DNA of 64,000 nt from Planctomycetota bacterium (GTDB taxonomy: Bacteria > Planctomycetota > Phycisphaerae > UBA1845): positions 6,756 through 70,755 of the forward strand of contig JAJRYY010000009.1 in NCBI GenBank assembly GCA_024275565.1. Reading direction: 5' to 3'. This document shows positions 17,802 to 27,423 of the stretch, in pieces (positions within the stretch are counted from its first letter, which is position 1; the number at the start of each line of letters is the position of its first letter). A program made the position numbers and the translations under genes. Below the pieces are notes generated by a model. That model had not been told where the DNA came from. It saw only the letters and a program-made list of their open reading frames with translations, and searched no databases.

Positions 17802-18902
17802 TCAGCGGGGTCCTGTGTAGGCAGCACCGAATGACGCGAAATCTGAAAGGGTCGTCGCACCATCCCCGTCCGCATCGAACGGACGACAGTCTACCGATAC
17901 ATCGCCCCCCATGCACAACTGAAATATCGCAAAATCGCCGAAATCAATATCCCCGTCGTCATTCGCATCGCCATAAAGCGAAACGTCAGCCTGTTCCGCA
18001 ACATAGCCAGCCACCGACCGCAGCAGATCCTTCAGCATGTCGAAGTCAATGTAATCCGGGGAGACATCGATCGCGTCGTTTTGCGTATGGTAAAACCCGT
18101 TGCACAGATAACATCGCTCGATGACAACAAAAGCCGGTATCCCGACCGACTCGAACGACCAGTGATCCGAAAATGAAAAATTACCGAAATTCAAAAACGC
18201 CGACAGACCGTTTCCATAAGTGTCGATCGCCGTTGCGATACCATTTGCAGCAGCAGCGGACGCATTCTTGCTGTAAATATCCATCCCATAAGCACCGCTG
18301 TTATGCCCCACCATGTCAGTCGTCACAGCCAGCACGATATTCGCATCGGCGTGATCCGCAACAAACGCAACACTGCCCCGCTTGCCCTGCTCCTCACGAT
18401 CGAAGCAGACGAATTTGATCGTGCGCGCACTCCGCATCCCGGAAAACAACCGGGCCGTCTCCATAACCACAGCCGACCCCGATCCATTATCATCTGCTCC
18501 AGGATTGTTGGCCGAATCAAAATGTGCACCCACGACAATGATCTCGTCGGGATGCTCGTAGCCCGTCAGCGTCGCAACAACGTTGTGGTAGGTCGTCCCG
18601 TTATATTGGAAGGGGTCAAGCTCCGCATCGAAACCATACAGCATGAAATCCGCCAGAATATTGTCGCGGGCGAGGTCGTGCTCAGGACCAAATCCACGGT
18701 TGTCACCAAGGCGCGTATACAGCAGATCCTCCATGCAGTGTCGGTAATGACCAATATCGACCCGATCGGCAATCACTCCGGGAGGAGCTCCGGCATTGGC
18801 AGAAGTTGTGATGACCGAAAGAACGCAATGGGATGACACGATAAGAACTGAAAGACCCTGTCGATTACGGCCCTGTCGATTAATGCTCTGTCGAAAATTC
18901 AT
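17802..18902 (-). CDS. M28-family zinc aminopeptidase with C-terminal double Ca-loop module
   Basis: The M28 metal-binding block AHFDSANNPGADDNGSGSAVVMETARLFSG is present. A signal peptide starts at the internal Met (MNFRQ...). The C-terminus reads DANDDGDIDFGDFAIFQLCMGG...CRPFDADGDGATTLSDFASFGAAYTG. Confidence 0.75.
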   Translation of the reverse strand: MNFRQSINRQGRNRQGLSVLIVSSHCVLSVITTSANAGAPPGVIADRVDIGHYRHCMEDLLYTRLGDNRGFGPEHDLARDNILADFMLYGFDAELDPFQYNGTTYHNVVATLTGYEHPDEIIVVGAHFDSANNPGADDNGSGSAVVMETARLFSGMRSARTIKFVCFDREEQGKRGSVAFVADHADANIVLAVTTDMVGHNSGAYGMDIYSKNASAAAANGIATAIDTYGNGLSAFLNFGNFSFSDHWSFESVGIPAFVVIERCYLCNGFYHTQNDAIDVSPDYIDFDMLKDLLRSVAGYVAEQADVSLYGDANDDGDIDFGDFAIFQLCMGGDVSVDCRPFDADGDGATTLSDFASFGAAYTGPR

Positions 18903-19198
18903 GATATTGCTCGCACAGATGTACCTCGACCCGGCAGTTTTAGACTGCACTTTCAGGCTGCACCGGATCATTGATCCACACGTCCATGATACCACGCCTC
19001 CAACACCTCCTTCAAGCACAATCGGCCCGAAAATACGCCTTCCCCTGACTTAATCCAGATCGCGCCGATCCATCGGAATTTCGGTCGTTCCGCCCTGATG
19101 CTGATTGGGTCCGATCTTGTCCCATCGCGCTCTGAGACTGAAGCGGATTGACATTCGTAACCGGATGACCCATCCTTGATCCATGTAGCCAAGCCGCA

Positions 19199-19360
19199 GG
19201 GTGCCACTGGCGGCTTGCCCGCCAGTGCTTACGCAGGGTGCCGGGCCGTGTGGCCCACCTCTTCAGAGGTGGGGGAGCCGAAGATCAACCGAACATCCCC
19301 CAAGACCGCGTAAATCAATAGCAAAGCGCCGCGTGCCACTGGCGGCTTGTTCACCAGTGC
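19199..19360. repeat. cluster of REP-like palindromic elements (two copies of GGTGCCACTGGCGG-CTTGY-CCGCCAGTGC plus a second hairpin motif)
   Basis: Copy 1 at 19199-19229 is an inverted repeat CACTGGCGG/CCGCCAGTG. A second hairpin CACCTCTTCAGAGGTG-GGGGAGCCGAAGA lies at 19251-19295. A degenerate copy of the first element is at 19333-19360. Related copies occur at 27424-27462, 40485-40675 and 63840-63869. Confidence 0.6.
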
Positions 19361-19386
19361 TTTTCCAACAGCGAAGCATAAACACA

Positions 19387-20229
19387 TCACCCCCCAAACA
19401 CCCCCTGAAACCCCGCAAAATCAACAAGATCAACATCGCCATCACCATCCATATCCGCCCACCGACACCCCGGCCCAGCGTCGATACTGATCCCGCTGTT
19501 CCTGCTGCACTCTTCAAAGTACCGCCAGTCCCGAAGCCCAACCCCATCCGCACTATCGAAATCCCCACTGCCGTCCACAGCAATATCCCCATAACGAATG
19601 CAATCCCACCGGTTGAAGGCAGGCATTTGCCAAGACTTACCACGCCAAGTAATTCGGGGACCGTTGGATGGAAATGCGCCTTCAGCTATACCATTCGTAA
19701 CCAACTCTCCATCAATGTACCACCAGAAAAGATTGATCGGCCCGTTAACCAGTTCAAGACGATGAACATGCGGGACACCGGCCTCAAAATCAGCGAACAC
19801 AATTGGAAGCAGGTTGTCACGATTCAACTTTGCTCGATCGCGGGCGACAAAAAAAGTGTACCTGATCCCAAACGAGTTTCCGACAGCCATTGCGGTCGGA
19901 GCACCAGCTACAATTTCGGATGCATCTCCGTTCGCTTCGACCTTCCACTCCAGGAAAAAGGAAGGCCCCCCAACGAAATCGTCAAGTGTACGGCGATAAG
20001 AATCGTGTCCCCCTTGTTCTTTGCCAGGGCATTCAACCATATCAAGCTGCTGGATGTACTGTCCATCCTCAACCCAGAGAATGGGTACGCAAAATTGTTG
20101 CAACAACCCCCAACCCCCCGCAACAGGAAAGGAATCACATTCCCAGGTGAACACCTCCCCGCGCGCAATCGCCGCCGAAATCAGCACACATCCTGCCATC
20201 ACTGCCTTGCTTACCATTGCTCTCAACAT
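19387..20229 (-). CDS. secreted hypothetical protein with C-terminal Ca-loop module
   Basis: 280 aa with a signal peptide. It ends ...CRWADMDGDGDVDLVDFAGFQGVFGG. Confidence 0.5.
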   Translation of the reverse strand: MLRAMVSKAVMAGCVLISAAIARGEVFTWECDSFPVAGGWGLLQQFCVPILWVEDGQYIQQLDMVECPGKEQGGHDSYRRTLDDFVGGPSFFLEWKVEANGDASEIVAGAPTAMAVGNSFGIRYTFFVARDRAKLNRDNLLPIVFADFEAGVPHVHRLELVNGPINLFWWYIDGELVTNGIAEGAFPSNGPRITWRGKSWQMPAFNRWDCIRYGDIAVDGSGDFDSADGVGLRDWRYFEECSRNSGISIDAGPGCRWADMDGDGDVDLVDFAGFQGVFGG

Positions 20230-20409
20230 ACCATCTCACACCTGCACATCGATTCACACCAACACACGTTCCAACCAGCACTATAGAAAATCCAGCACCG
20301 TAAAAGATACCCAATGACATCAGATTCCCACGATCAGCCGCCAACAAACACCGGCAACCACTGGCTAACAAAGAGCTTACGAATATCTTACTTTTTCCTA
20401 ACTTTTTAC

Positions 20410-20438
20410 TGGACAACTCCTGCTGCATGGTGTATACT
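20410..20438 (+). promoter_or_regulatory. sigma-70-like promoter (TGGACA-17 bp-TATACT) ~490 bp upstream of the FG-GAP gene
   Basis: Near-consensus -35 and -10 hexamers with exactly 17-bp spacing inside a 630-bp AT-richer intergenic region. Confidence 0.4.
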
Positions 20439-20779
20439 AAATAATGACGGAATGGGGGTGGGTAATAGCACATGGGGACAAGTACATGGGGACCAAAGAT
20501 AAAGGGGGGGCAACCAGATGAGGGGATACCTGAAAGCTGCAACACCACAAAACTGCAATATCATCGCCAGCTCTGGGATGTACACGCCCATAATTCCGCG
20601 ACACCCACCCGACACTGCGACACCCGTCCGACACAGGGAGGCTTGATTTCCACAATTGCGACACCTTCAACCACAGGAGCAGTACCCAACTACCATCAGG
20701 AGCAGCACCCATATGAAGCAGGAATTGACGGATTGCGGTGGCGAGCGAATAAGCAGCCCCGGGTAGTTTCGCACACGGC

Positions 20780-20870
20780 AAGTCATTATGATCGGTGACT
20801 ATGTTCGTATAAGTCATGTTCGCGCAAGTCATGTTCGCATAAGTCATATTCGTACAAGTCATGTTCGAAA
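20780..20870. repeat. 15-bp tandem direct repeats (AAGTCATGTTCGNNN x4 near-perfect, plus 2 degenerate copies) in the leader of the FG-GAP gene
   Basis: Read directly: aagtcatgttcgcgc / aagtcatgttcgcat / aagtcatattcgtac / aagtcatgttcgaaa. Confidence 0.7.
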
Positions 20871-20924
20871 AGTCAGGCACGGAGAAACCATGTCCGGGGA
20901 AGTCAATCCCCGGCAGACGGGCTT

Positions 20925-22670
20925 TTGAGTCAAAAAGTCAAGCGGCAAGGAGCGACGATGTCTTCAGTTTATCGGAATATGTACGTTTTTGTGTGTATGG
21001 TGTCGATGTTGAGCGGGGCGGGTTCCGCCATGGGGCAGCAGTTCGTTGAGAGTACGAATGCACGCCTGCCAGCCGCTTCCCCACTGGAATACTCCGAGCA
21101 GGTGGACATGGCCGACATCGATGGCGATGGCGATATGGACATGCTCTTCGCCAACGGCCGCGGGTTCAGCAGCCCACAACAGCAGCAGCGCAACCGCCTC
21201 TATATCAACGATGGCAACGGATTCTTCGTCGATGAAACGTCGCTGCGCTTACCGACCACCCTTCTGGGATACACGCGGGACGTCGAATTCGGCGATGTGG
21301 ACGGCGATGGCGATATGGACCTCCTCATCGTCAACACGTTCAACACGCAATCCTGGTTGTTGATCAACGACGGATCTGGCTTCTTCACCCACGACTCCGC
21401 CGCACTGCCGACCTCCAGTTTCAGCGGTTCAGACGGCGATTTCGGCGATGTGGACAACGATGGCGATCTGGACATCATCTTCACGAACTCCGGAACATCA
21501 GCCTTCGGAACCGGCATTGACAAGCTGTACATCAACGATGGAACGGGGTTGTTTTCGGACGAAACCGGTACGAGGCTTCCGGGCGTGGGCGTCGCGCAGA
21601 GCATTGATTGCGATTTTGCGGATATCGACGGCGACCTCGATCTGGACCTGATTATGGGACATCGCGACGGTCGATCTCAGCTTTGGCGAAACGACGGAGC
21701 CGGTTTCTATACCGACATCACCCTCAGCAACCTCCCCAACGATGGCAGCGGAACATATTCAGTGGACCCGGGCGATATCGATGGCGATGGCGATCTGGAC
21801 CTGATGGTCGTTCGCGGCAGTACGGATCGGGCATTCCGCAACGATGGTACGGGTGATTTTTTCAATGTGACTGCGGCTGTCCTGCCGAGCAACCCATTTC
21901 AGGATGACAACGACGGCGACTTTTTCGACCTCGATAACGATGGCGACCTCGACTACATCATCGCCCGCCTCGGCAGCGGTGGCGAGCGGGTGTATGTCAA
22001 CAACAACGGCGTCCTGCAACTGACCCCGGGCATGATTACAGTGATATCGGACTCAACGCTGGACGTGGAAATCGGCGACCTCAACAACGATGGTCGCCTG
22101 GATGTTGTGACCGCCCAGGGCGAATCCGGAAGCTTCAGAAACCGCATCTACATGAGCAGTGGCCCCATCGACACGCTCGCACCCGTGACAGCCCAACTGG
22201 ACGATCTAGCGGATACGGACGATTCGACTGGTCCCTATGTGGTGCGGGCAGCGATCCGCGACGGGATGACGGGCGATAACAATTTCCACGATCGCGGCAT
22301 CCAACTGCTTTACAGCGTTGGAAACGGATCGCCCCAGACCGTCCCGATGGTCTGGTCCGGCGGCGACCTCTATCGCGGCGAAATTCCAGGACTGGCCGCT
22401 GGTTCCATGGTCGCCTACTCCGTCATGGCCATGGACTGGGCTGGCAACCTTGGCATTTCCTCTGAGATGACATTCGCGGTCACGGGCGGAATCCTCGGCG
22501 ATGGCGACGGCGACGGCGATGTCGATTTGAGTGATCTGGGCAGCTATTTCGACTGCGTCGGCACCTCACTGGTGGGGGGCGACAGTTGTGCTTCGTTCGA
22601 TTTCGACGGCAACCAGAACGTGGATTTCGCCGATTTTGGATCCCTCCAGCAAGCCTTCACCGGCAGTTAG
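20925..22670 (+). CDS. secreted FG-GAP/VCBS-repeat beta-propeller protein with C-terminal Ca-loop module
   Basis: Seven repeats of the form DIDGDGDMDMLFAN / GDVDGDGDMDLLIVN / GDVDNDGDLDIIFTN and so on. The C-terminus reads GDGDGDGDVDLSDLGSYFDCVG...CASFDFDGNQNVDFADFGSLQQAFTGS. Confidence 0.75.
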   Translation: MSQKVKRQGATMSSVYRNMYVFVCMVSMLSGAGSAMGQQFVESTNARLPAASPLEYSEQVDMADIDGDGDMDMLFANGRGFSSPQQQQRNRLYINDGNGFFVDETSLRLPTTLLGYTRDVEFGDVDGDGDMDLLIVNTFNTQSWLLINDGSGFFTHDSAALPTSSFSGSDGDFGDVDNDGDLDIIFTNSGTSAFGTGIDKLYINDGTGLFSDETGTRLPGVGVAQSIDCDFADIDGDLDLDLIMGHRDGRSQLWRNDGAGFYTDITLSNLPNDGSGTYSVDPGDIDGDGDLDLMVVRGSTDRAFRNDGTGDFFNVTAAVLPSNPFQDDNDGDFFDLDNDGDLDYIIARLGSGGERVYVNNNGVLQLTPGMITVISDSTLDVEIGDLNNDGRLDVVTAQGESGSFRNRIYMSSGPIDTLAPVTAQLDDLADTDDSTGPYVVRAAIRDGMTGDNNFHDRGIQLLYSVGNGSPQTVPMVWSGGDLYRGEIPGLAAGSMVAYSVMAMDWAGNLGISSEMTFAVTGGILGDGDGDGDVDLSDLGSYFDCVGTSLVGGDSCASFDFDGNQNVDFADFGSLQQAFTGS

Positions 22671-22844
22671 TGGCGTGTTCGCCAGAATGCTCGAGCAGCA
22701 TGCGTACGGAATCATCAGCCACTGCATTGGTTTTCATCCCGGCGATCTCCTTGTACAAACAGTCCGCACCGATCATAGTAAGCGGCGGTCAAGCGCTACA
22801 ACATCAGACACCATTGCTACAACATCGGACACCATAACCAAACA

Positions 22845-24389
22845 ATGCACCTATACATCATCGCAGCCTACGCCCTACTCATCTGGTGGTCCCAGGAACG
22901 TCCGTTCCAACCCCCTGTTGACAATACCTCGTGGACCTTTGTCATCATCGCAGGCCAGGTCGCCGCGCTGTGGGTTCTCGCACGGATGCTGATGAAGCTC
23001 ACCCTTAGAAGGCTTGACTCCAGCCAACGGGACCCTGCCTGGGTACAACACGCCAACCACCGTCATATCCTGGTCCTCAGGGCGATCGTCCTGGCTGGTT
23101 TCGCTGTAGACCTCACGCTCACTAACTGGATCGACATCGTCACCAACATCCCCCTGCCCTTTTTTGTACCCGGACTCACCGGCCTGTTCACCATCACCCC
23201 GTTCCTGATCGGAACCATCCTCGTCCTGACCGCCTCTTACCCGGTAGACCGCGCCATTCGGCTTCGTGTGGCTGACACAGCTCCCTGGGAAACGCATGAC
23301 CCCGTCTGGAGCCTCAAAACATACCTCGAATTCCACATCCGCCACTCACTGCTCACCGTCGTCATCCCCACAACACTCATCCTAATCTGCTATGATCTCG
23401 CGACCCATTTTGAAAAAACGCTCGTCCAGTGGTTTCGCATCCCCTACGCCACCGACCTGCTCCTCGGCGCGTCTGCCTGCGGCGTTTTCCTCATCGCACC
23501 GTGGATCCTGAAGCACGTCTGGCCGACCGAACCCCTCCCCGATGGACCGCTTCGCCGGGAACTCGAACTCATGTGCAAACGGGTCAACCTGAACTGCCGC
23601 GACATCCTCGTCTGGAAGAGCGGCGGGATGACCGTCAATGCGGCGGTCATGGGATTGCTGCCACAAATCAGATATGTCATGCTATCGGACGGACTGCTTA
23701 GCTCCATGCCAGACAAACAGGTCGAAGCAGTGTTTGGCCACGAAGCAGGACACGTCAAACACCGACACATCCAGTTCTTCCTCTTATTCGCATTCGCCAG
23801 CATGTTGATCGCCGCCGGTTTCGTGGAGATTCTGTATCGTCACGCGCGACAACCGGATGCCTGGGTGCGCCTGTCCCTTGCAGAAATCCAGGCTATGGGT
23901 TTCGCATTCATCATGGCGATCTGGGCGGGAGCGTTCGGTTTTATCAGCCGGCGATTCGAGCGTCAGGCAGACCTCTTCGGAGCACGTTGCGTCACGCCGG
24001 TATCGAACAATGAGTGCAAAGTCCCGTGCGGAATCCACGCGGACGACGATGCAAACAACCATGAAATCAGTGCGGAAAAGGAAACATCCCGCCCTCAGTC
24101 TGATCCAATGGGGGGTCTCTGTGCTACCGGGGCGGGAATCTTCAACGATGCCCTCCACCGCGTCGCTCAACTCAATGGCATTCCACTCGATGAACCAAGC
24201 TGGCGGCATTCATCCCTCGCAAACCGCATCGATTCGCTCACCCGACTCGCATCCGACCCCAACAGCCTCACCAGATTTGAGAAGGTCATCCGACACATCA
24301 AGCAGGCGATCCTCATCGTCTGCGTTGTCGGAACCGCAATATCCCTCTACTATATCCGTATTGACTACCTGAACGCCGCGTCCAATTAG
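22845..24389 (+). CDS. integral-membrane M48-family (HtpX/Ste24-like) zinc metalloprotease
   Basis: An HExxH motif sits in FGHEAGHVKHRH, a second His/Glu region follows downstream, and there are 6 or more TM helices. Confidence 0.75.
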   Translation: MHLYIIAAYALLIWWSQERPFQPPVDNTSWTFVIIAGQVAALWVLARMLMKLTLRRLDSSQRDPAWVQHANHRHILVLRAIVLAGFAVDLTLTNWIDIVTNIPLPFFVPGLTGLFTITPFLIGTILVLTASYPVDRAIRLRVADTAPWETHDPVWSLKTYLEFHIRHSLLTVVIPTTLILICYDLATHFEKTLVQWFRIPYATDLLLGASACGVFLIAPWILKHVWPTEPLPDGPLRRELELMCKRVNLNCRDILVWKSGGMTVNAAVMGLLPQIRYVMLSDGLLSSMPDKQVEAVFGHEAGHVKHRHIQFFLLFAFASMLIAAGFVEILYRHARQPDAWVRLSLAEIQAMGFAFIMAIWAGAFGFISRRFERQADLFGARCVTPVSNNECKVPCGIHADDDANNHEISAEKETSRPQSDPMGGLCATGAGIFNDALHRVAQLNGIPLDEPSWRHSSLANRIDSLTRLASDPNSLTRFEKVIRHIKQAILIVCVVGTAISLYYIRIDYLNAASN

Positions 24390-24413
24390 GCGATAAACCG
24401 CGATAGACACATC

Positions 24414-25307
24414 ATGAAAGGAACGCCCTTGAGCGCGCGGAGTATTGACGGAATCGCAATCGCACGAAGCATCAAAGCACAGACCTCCCAGCGCGTACGC
24501 GAACTCGGAGAACAAGGTCACATCGTCCAGCTAGACGCCGTCATGGTCGGAGACCCATCAGCCGGAGCGATTTATGCCCGATCCCAGCAGTCTCAATGTG
24601 GCCAGGTTGGCATCAAATATCGACTCCACACCCTTGCTCCGGAAGCCACGCAGGAGGACCTCCGGGCGGAACTCCACCGACTCAATACCGACCCGACCGT
24701 CACCGGTATTCTGCTGAACCTCCCGCTGCCGAGCGGTATCGACACGCCAGTTGCCCAATACGAAATCGACCCGTACAAGGATGTCGAAGGCGTCAATCCG
24801 GCGAATATCGGTCTGCTTTTCTACGACAACCCGATCATCGCACCCTGCACCGCATTGGCTGTCATGGAAATCCTCCGCTCAGTGGACTGCTGCCCCAGAG
24901 GAATGAACGCCGTCGTGGTTGGGCAGGGCGCCATCGCCGGACGCCCGATCGCCCTGTTCCTGCAGCACGAACTCGCCACCGTCACCACCTGCCAGATCGA
25001 AACACGCGACATCGCCGAACACACGAGACAGGCAGACATCCTCATCGTCGCCGTCGGAAAGCCAGACCTGATCCGGGCGGAGCATGTCAAGGAAGGTGCG
25101 GTTGTCATCGATGTGGGCATCAACCGCGTCAAGGAAAACGGGACCACGAAAACCGTCGGCGACGTCCGCTACGAGGAGGTGTCTGAGGTCGCTTCTGCCA
25201 TCACACCCGTCCCCGGAGGCGTCGGACCCGTCACCGTCGCCATGCTCCTCCGCAGCGCCTCAGACGCTGCCTTCAACCAGCTGGGTCCAAGACGTATCAA
25301 TCCCTGA
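24414..25307 (+). CDS. folD: bifunctional methylenetetrahydrofolate dehydrogenase/cyclohydrolase
   Basis: 297 aa. The NAD(P) Rossmann motif GxGxxG (VVVGQGAIAGRP) and the conserved C-terminal PVPGGVGPVTVAMLL are present. Confidence 0.9.
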   Translation: MKGTPLSARSIDGIAIARSIKAQTSQRVRELGEQGHIVQLDAVMVGDPSAGAIYARSQQSQCGQVGIKYRLHTLAPEATQEDLRAELHRLNTDPTVTGILLNLPLPSGIDTPVAQYEIDPYKDVEGVNPANIGLLFYDNPIIAPCTALAVMEILRSVDCCPRGMNAVVVGQGAIAGRPIALFLQHELATVTTCQIETRDIAEHTRQADILIVAVGKPDLIRAEHVKEGAVVIDVGINRVKENGTTKTVGDVRYEEVSEVASAITPVPGGVGPVTVAMLLRSASDAAFNQLGPRRINP

Positions 25308-25342
25308 AGCCCCTCCGCCCCTACAACAGTACAAATTGGCTG

Positions 25343-25371
25343 TTGACATCACATCCTGTTTGCAATATATT
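25343..25371 (+). promoter_or_regulatory. sigma-70-like promoter (TTGACA-17 bp-TATATT) for the Fur-family gene
   Basis: Consensus -35, a 17-bp spacer, and an AT-rich -10 lying 40 bp upstream of the start codon. Confidence 0.4.
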
Positions 25372-25414
25372 ACCATTTAGCATGGATACGCAACACACCA
25401 ACCACCAGTAAGCC

Positions 25415-25921
25415 TTGCAACGGTTTGAAGAATTCTGCCGCGAGCAGGGGCTTCCTATGACCGTCCAGCGCCGGACCGTTCTCGAGGACGTGCTTGGACG
25501 CTGTGACCACCCCACCGCGGATCAGATATACGATGGGGTTCAGAATCGCATTCCAGGCGTCTCGCGGACGACGGTATACCGGGTACTCGACCTGCTGGTC
25601 CGTCTCAGTCTCATCACCAAGATCTGCCATCCCGGTGCGATTGCGCGGTTCGATGGGAATACGGACCATCACCATCATCTCATATGCCTGCACTGCGAAA
25701 AGGTCATCGATCTGGAGGACAAGCGACTCAGCACGCTCAAGCTTCCGGACGTCGATCATCTTGGCTTTGAGATCACCGACTTCCATGTGCAACTCCGTGG
25801 AGTCTGTCTCGATTGTCGCAAGGAGGAGCAGGTGACCACCACCTTAGAACCAGGCGCGGATGGAACGCATCTGGCGTCAGAATCCAGGAATCCGAACAGA
25901 AAAACCAAGGCATCAAAGTAA
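25415..25921 (+). CDS. Fur-family metalloregulator (Fur/PerR/Zur-like)
   Basis: An N-terminal winged helix (TVQRRTVLEDVLG...) is followed by an HHHH metal site and two CxxC pairs (CLHC...CLDC). Confidence 0.8.
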   Translation: MQRFEEFCREQGLPMTVQRRTVLEDVLGRCDHPTADQIYDGVQNRIPGVSRTTVYRVLDLLVRLSLITKICHPGAIARFDGNTDHHHHLICLHCEKVIDLEDKRLSTLKLPDVDHLGFEITDFHVQLRGVCLDCRKEEQVTTTLEPGADGTHLASESRNPNRKTKASK

Positions 25922-25935
25922 GGGAGACAAATCCG

Positions 25936-27348
25936 ATGAATCACGACCCTCAACGACATCGTTTGCACACGACCACCACCATTGCTGCGACATTGATAGC
26001 AATTGCGGCTGGTTTACCTCTATCGCCGGCTGTGGCTGCCCCACCCAACAGTTACGCACCCGTCGTCGCCAGGGAAGATTTCCAGACGACGATGACGCGC
26101 ATGAAAGCAGACAAAGCCAGAGTGATGAAAAAGCAGGCGAACCTGCTGGCTGAACGGTACGATCTGGACGACCATTCTGCAGGTAATCACAAAATGTCCA
26201 TGGGCAAAAAGATCCAATCGGGCGTACGGGTCAAGCTTCAGCCGGGTATGACCTGGACTAAGCTTGCAAACATGACACCCGCCGAAATTCGCAGCTCGGG
26301 ACTATTCCCAAAGGGTTTTCTGCCGCTGCCCCACCCCAATCACCCCGAAGGTGGCATGGTCTTCCCGCAATACCACATCGACGAAATCAAGAAGCAGGAA
26401 GCACGCGACTTAACGCGTTTCGACCTTGACTACGATCTGCCCACCCACTTCCTGCCCGATTACCCGCCTGCGATCTACCTCACGACCAGGCCGGACCTCG
26501 GCGACGTCTCCCAGGGCAAAGTCGTCACCATCGACAACTACTATGAACTCTTCAACGGCATCTTGAACCCCAAGCAGATTGAGGGCATGCGACTTCTGGT
26601 GACGCCCTTCCCGCAGCAGCAGTTCAACCAGACCAGCGACCGCCGCTCGGAACGACCCCACCGTGGCGTCACCTGCTTCGACTGCCATGTGAACGGTCAC
26701 ACCAACGCAGCCACACACCTCGTCGGCGACATCCGACCGCAGGAATTCCGACACGGTCTCGACACGCCGCCGCTCCGTGGCGTGTACATCCAACGACTCT
26801 TCGGTTCGCAGCGAGCATTGAAAACCGTAGAAGACTTCACCGAATTTGAGCAGCGGGCAGCCTATTTCGATGGCGACCATGTCATCGCTGCCAAGAAGGG
26901 TGTCAATGTCCTCGAGCGCGGCAGCCAGGTCCACTTCATGGCTGAGATGGAGTCGATTCTCGATTTCCCGCCAGCGCCAAAACTGGACATCTTCGGCAAG
27001 CTGATTCCGAGCTTGGCCACCGAATCCGAAATGAGAGGACAAGCCGTATTCTTTGGCAAGGGACGCTGCTCAGAATGCCATCCTGCACCGTTCTACACCG
27101 ACAACCTCATGCACAACCTTAAGACGGAGCGATTCTTCAAACCGCACATGATCCATGGCAGAATGGCGTCAGCCGACGGACCCATCAAGACCTTCCCACT
27201 CCGCGGCATCAAGGATTCACCGCCCTACCTGCACGATCGTCGCCTGCTCACGCTTGAGGACACGGTCGAGTTCTTCAATCTGGTGACGGGCGTGAATTTG
27301 AACACGCAGGAAAGATCAGACCTGGTAGCCTTCCTGCTAGCACTGTAG
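25936..27348 (+). CDS. di-haem cytochrome c peroxidase (CCP/MauG) family protein, secreted
   Basis: A signal peptide is present. Two CxxCH haem-binding motifs are found (CFDCH and CSECH). A good RBS (AAGGGAG) sits 8 bp upstream. The gene starts 14 bp after the Fur-family stop. Confidence 0.65.
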   Translation: MNHDPQRHRLHTTTTIAATLIAIAAGLPLSPAVAAPPNSYAPVVAREDFQTTMTRMKADKARVMKKQANLLAERYDLDDHSAGNHKMSMGKKIQSGVRVKLQPGMTWTKLANMTPAEIRSSGLFPKGFLPLPHPNHPEGGMVFPQYHIDEIKKQEARDLTRFDLDYDLPTHFLPDYPPAIYLTTRPDLGDVSQGKVVTIDNYYELFNGILNPKQIEGMRLLVTPFPQQQFNQTSDRRSERPHRGVTCFDCHVNGHTNAATHLVGDIRPQEFRHGLDTPPLRGVYIQRLFGSQRALKTVEDFTEFEQRAAYFDGDHVIAAKKGVNVLERGSQVHFMAEMESILDFPPAPKLDIFGKLIPSLATESEMRGQAVFFGKGRCSECHPAPFYTDNLMHNLKTERFFKPHMIHGRMASADGPIKTFPLRGIKDSPPYLHDRRLLTLEDTVEFFNLVTGVNLNTQERSDLVAFLLAL

Positions 27349-27385
27349 CACCCACACTGTAGCACTCGCACTGTAGCACCCGTTG
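27338..27385. repeat. short tandem repeat (GCACTGTAGCAC x3) beginning in the stop codon of the peroxidase gene
   Basis: Read directly: ctgctagcactgtagcacccacactgtagcactcgcactgtagcacc. Confidence 0.6.
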
Positions 27386-27423
27386 CATCAACGCGGCGAA
27401 GGACGCCAACTTCCAGTCAATCC

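Noticed and set aside
19201-20286. 361-aa plus-strand ORF
   Set aside because: It starts inside the REP-element cluster and runs antisense to the signal-peptide-bearing gene at 19387-20229. The composition is Pro-rich, and there is no RBS. Judged spurious.
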